A stretch of DNA of 20,000 nucleotides from the IMG/VR virus record IMGVR_UViG_3300033148_003715; one strand, written 5' to 3'. The stretch is from an uncultured virus (IMG/VR IMGVR_UViG_3300033148_003715) (lineage: Duplodnaviria > Heunggongvirae > Uroviricota > Caudoviricetes). A model generated the notes under the pieces. The model worked only from the letters and a program-made list of their open reading frames with translations. It was not told the origin of the DNA and did no database searches. The position numbers were made by a program, and so were the translations under genes. This document shows, piece after piece, positions 17,501 to 20,000 of this stretch (position 1 is the first letter of the stretch; the number at the start of each line of letters is the position of its first letter).

Positions 17501-18193
17501 CCGAGAATGTGGTTGAGAAGCTGATCCAGGCGGGGATCCTGAAGCGTGACGAGGACGGGACCCTGTCCGCGACCTCGCTCGGCCGGGTCTCGTCATGGCT
17601 CTACTACAGCCCGTTCGACATCGCGGACTGGTGCAGTAACTTCCGCCGCCTCGTCGAACTGGACAAGACCCGTGACGACGACTGCCTCGCCTGGGCACTC
17701 GGGAAGATCCGCACCGCGTACAAGACCACCTACCTGCCGAAGGAGCACGAGCGAGACCTGAACGAGCTGGAGTGGCGGCTGAGAGCCAAGGGGATCGAAC
17801 AACTCGTTCCATGGCATGATCGCCGGGCTCGACTACAAGGGAATCCGGTCCCAACAGAGACAGCTCACCTACGACTCCGAGAGGATCGTCCAGGCCCTCA
17901 AGCTGATAGACCAGCACGTCCTCCAGTCACTCGGGTCGACCTATTTCGGTTTGCTCGGGCTCCGGCTCCGCTATGGGTGCGGGTGGAAGGAGGCCGACTT
18001 GTGCTCGATTCCGGGCGTGGGTGCCAAGCGAGCCAGGCTCCTTGCCCGGGAGGGAATCTCGTCGGTCGAGGACGTGGTCGATCATCGTGGATCTGTGATG
18101 GCCGCGGTTGGGAAACGCCTTGCGATCAACGTCGTCAGGGGCGCCAAGCAGGTCCTGAAGGAACGACGGCGTGGGGGGTTGCAACGCGGTTAG
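14587..18193 (+). CDS. Hel308/Ski2-like SF2 DEAH helicase, intein-containing, with apparent +1 frameshift near 17783-17816
   Basis: LNPIQ (Q motif), AATSAGKT, SPLRAVSQEK, VVDEAH, LSATMPN, WRPTRL, LIFVHGKK, VATSTLAYG/NLPA, QECGRAGR. The Hel308-like C-terminus (LRYG..L.SIPGVGAKRARLL..GI.S) lies in the +1 frame ORF 17816..18193. Start is ATG14587 or GTG14566. Confidence 0.85.
15847..17145 (+). mobile_element. Intein (433 aa) with LAGLIDADG homing endonuclease
   Basis: Starts CYRHGTAVALADG (block A). Block B VSRDHVF. LAGLIDADG-like WAYVLGFVHGDGS and YLRGLFDTDGWV. Ends FQDITVDGQNFVGAGIVSHN followed by +1 Cys. Removal restores STLAYG-CNLPA (helicase motif V). Confidence 0.95.
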
Positions 18194-18247
18194 GTTTGAG
18201 CTAAGATTGGGGAACGACGGGACAACCGTCGAGATTAGAGGAAAGAC

Positions 18248-18508
18248 ATGACGCAGTCGAAGAAGACCAAGAAGAGGATGAAGCGAACCGCCGAGGAGCC
18301 CGGTCAGGTTTGCGATATCCCAAACCCCACAGACGTCGTCAAGCACGTCTCAGACTCACCGTGCTCGATCGAGTTCAGCCGAGACGCGAAGGGTCAGCCC
18401 AGGTGGGCGATCAAGCTCTACGGCGAGCGCGACGACATGGACGACGTCCTCAACGACACCCTCAACCTCGATCGCAGGCTCCGTGAGGAGATGAAGAGTG
18501 GCACCTAA
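18248..18508 (+). CDS. Small hypothetical protein
   Basis: GAGGA RBS and ATG. Basic N-terminus, then SIEFSRDAKGQPRWAIKLY beta-hairpin and a helix. Contains palindrome copy 5. Confidence 0.65.
   Translation: MTQSKKTKKRMKRTAEEPGQVCDIPNPTDVVKHVSDSPCSIEFSRDAKGQPRWAIKLYGERDDMDDVLNDTLNLDRRLREEMKSGT
18308..18325. promoter_or_regulatory. 18-bp palindrome copy 5 (GTTTGCGATATCCCAAAC, 1 mismatch; intragenic)
   Basis: 17/18 match to the consensus. Flanked by an extra G/C pair (18307 and 18326). Confidence 0.75.
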
Positions 18509-18881
18509 GCGGAGGATCAGAAGACGAAAGAAGCCGGCCCCGACGGAGTCCGCCGGGTTGAGGCCTCGGCAGCCCGAGGATCTGACCATGACCGAGATGC
18601 TCGAGCGTGTCCCGAGGGACGAGTACCTGACCACGCCCGAGATCCAGCACGTGTTCGGTGGGGTCCACCGGGTCACGGTCAGCAAGTGGGTGGCTCAGGA
18701 GAAGCTCCCCACGTATCGGACTGGCGCCCGAGGGCGAGCGAACCTATTCCACCGAGATGACGTGATCGCGTTGATCAAGCGGCGATTCACTCCTCGGCCA
18801 TCCAACTCAGGGAGGACGAGTGTCAAGAAGGGGAAGCGTGCGGGAGGCCCCGTTCGGAAGACCAAGAAGGCTCGCTCGTAG
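18498..18881 (+). CDS. Excisionase-like / MerR-type HTH DNA-binding protein
   Basis: EYLTTPEIQHVFGGVHRVTVSKWVAQEKLPTYRTG..LFHRDDV fits the HTH_17-type pattern, with basic tails at both ends. GAGGAG RBS. Confidence 0.8.
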   Translation: MAPKRRIRRRKKPAPTESAGLRPRQPEDLTMTEMLERVPRDEYLTTPEIQHVFGGVHRVTVSKWVAQEKLPTYRTGARGRANLFHRDDVIALIKRRFTPRPSNSGRTSVKKGKRAGGPVRKTKKARS

Positions 18882-18900
18882 TGAGGTCAAGCCCGGGGAC

Positions 18901-19440
18901 GTGCTCGAGATCAGAGGGGCTTTCGAGGCCATCGCGAATCGGATTCACTCGCACTCTGCCCTACGTGATTGGGTGGAGCGAGAGGACCTGGTTCAGGAGG
19001 TCCTGTTGAAGGTCTTGCTGGAGCTGGAGTCGTTCCGGGGGGAGTCGTCCCTCAGGACGTGGGCGACATCGATCGCGCGGAATCACTTGCTGAAGTTGGC
19101 CCGCGCGGCAGCAAAGACTCACCGACCCAGGGCCGGAGGGGATCTGTCCTCGACTGCACGGGAAGAGGATCCAGTTCGGCGCATGGAGTTGCGTGGGACC
19201 ACGAAGGAACTGCTTGGGTGGCTGAGGTCGAACCCGAGCGAGGTCGATCGGGGGTGGGAGGTGTTGAACCTGCTTCTGTGGAGTCATGGGAACTACAACT
19301 ACGTGTCTATCGCGCTGATGATCCACACGGGCAAGCCGTGGTCGGTGCGGGATGTGAAGAAGACAGTCGAGAAGATCAAAGGAACCAGGAGGGGGCTGGC
19401 TCTGTGCCAAGCTCTCGGGATTGACCAAGGAGGTCTGTAG
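18901..19440 (+). CDS. ECF-like RNA polymerase sigma factor
   Basis: Sigma region 2 signature EREDLVQEVLLKV..LESFRGESSLRTWATSIARNHLL. Divergent region 4. Start uncertain (GTG18901, or GTG18820 of the ORF track). Confidence 0.8.
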   Translation: MLEIRGAFEAIANRIHSHSALRDWVEREDLVQEVLLKVLLELESFRGESSLRTWATSIARNHLLKLARAAAKTHRPRAGGDLSSTAREEDPVRRMELRGTTKELLGWLRSNPSEVDRGWEVLNLLLWSHGNYNYVSIALMIHTGKPWSVRDVKKTVEKIKGTRRGLALCQALGIDQGGL

Positions 19441-20000
19441 TGGCGAAGACGAAGAAGGCAAAGGCAAAGGCGAAGAAGACGGACCCGATCGAGGATCTCG
19501 AGGCGGAGATCGATGCCGACCTCGGGAACGAGTTCGAGTTCGAGGATGGCGACAGCGACGAGAGCAGTTCGCTCATGGGCCAGACCGTCACGTTCGAGAA
19601 CGACGACGGCAAGACGATCACCGGCAAGGTCGTCGAGGAAGACGGCAACGACCTGGTGGTCGAGGACGACGAGGCGTTCTGGGAGACGACCCGGAAGATC
19701 GTCGAGGTCGAGAAGAAGACCCCGGCCAAGAAGCCCGCCAAGGGGGAGGAGACTCCCAAGGCCCCGGCGAAGGAGAAGAAGACCGAGGGCAAGGCCGCCA
19801 AGAAGGCCACCAGGGACCCAGCAGCCAAGACCGAGAAGAAGGACGAGCCCAAGGATGGTCGGCCCCGTCGGATGCTCGCTCTGGACGCGATCAAGGTCCC
19901 GAAGTCCATGGCGCGAGACGTCGACAAGGATGGGACCAAGTACAAGCAGATGCTCGCCGACTTCAAGAAGCGCAAGCAGCGCGACTCGATCAAGGTCCAG
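19440..20000 (+). CDS. Lys-rich/acidic protein with probable ParB-like domain starting at the window edge (3' truncated; not in ORF track)
   Basis: AAGGAGG (19427-33) before GTG19440; the frame stays open to the window end. Reads MAKTKKAKAKAKK, an acidic tract, a small beta domain, a PAKK linker, then LALDAIKVPKSMARDVDKDGTKYKQMLADFKKRKQRDSIKVQ, which resembles the ParB N-terminal pattern. Confidence 0.7.
   Translation, partial: MAKTKKAKAKAKKTDPIEDLEAEIDADLGNEFEFEDGDSDESSSLMGQTVTFENDDGKTITGKVVEEDGNDLVVEDDEAFWETTRKIVEVEKKTPAKKPAKGEETPKAPAKEKKTEGKAAKKATRDPAAKTEKKDEPKDGRPRRMLALDAIKVPKSMARDVDKDGTKYKQMLADFKKRKQRDSIKVQ

Noticed and set aside
17817..18204. C-terminal ~130 aa of the 1212-aa ORF as real protein
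   Set aside because: Arg/Pro/Gly-rich with no motif, while the overlapping +1 frame carries the Hel308 C-terminal signature.
1583..18325. Palindrome copies as a CRISPR array or IS terminal repeats
   Set aside because: Copies are kilobases apart with genes between them. No cas or transposase gene and no evident target-site duplications.
941..19993. Long minus-strand ORFs (e.g. 941..1813, 6067..7119, 8951..9874, 13858..15168, 15283..16389, 19376..19993)
   Set aside because: Antisense shadows of well-supported + strand genes, expected in high-GC DNA. They show no motifs.

Overview
High-GC DNA with almost all credible genes on the + strand, most consistent with a large tailed bacteriophage (or prophage/phage-plasmid) genome. 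From left to right: (1) the end of a virion module (tail-collar fibre protein, a lipoprotein, two unknown genes), closed by a strong hairpin terminator; (2) a replication operon (SNF2 helicase, DnaE-type Pol III alpha, DnaC-like protein with a degenerate P-loop, DnaB helicase, Zn-ribbon/Lys-rich protein, stand-alone CHC2 primase Zn-finger protein); (3) a small-gene cassette with its own probable promoter; (4) a Hel308/Ski2-like helicase with a 433-aa LAGLIDADG intein and an apparent +1 frameshift; (5) an excisionase-like HTH, an ECF-like sigma factor and a truncated protein whose last residues look like the start of a ParB domain. Two signals stand out. An 18-bp palindrome, GTTTGGGATATCCCAAAC, recurs 5 times across the window, mostly at gene junctions. 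A 61-nt tRNA-like element with no D-stem and no normal anticodon loop sits just behind a strong-RBS three-codon minigene (Met-Thr-Lys-stop). All protein calls come from motifs read by eye; no database searches were run.
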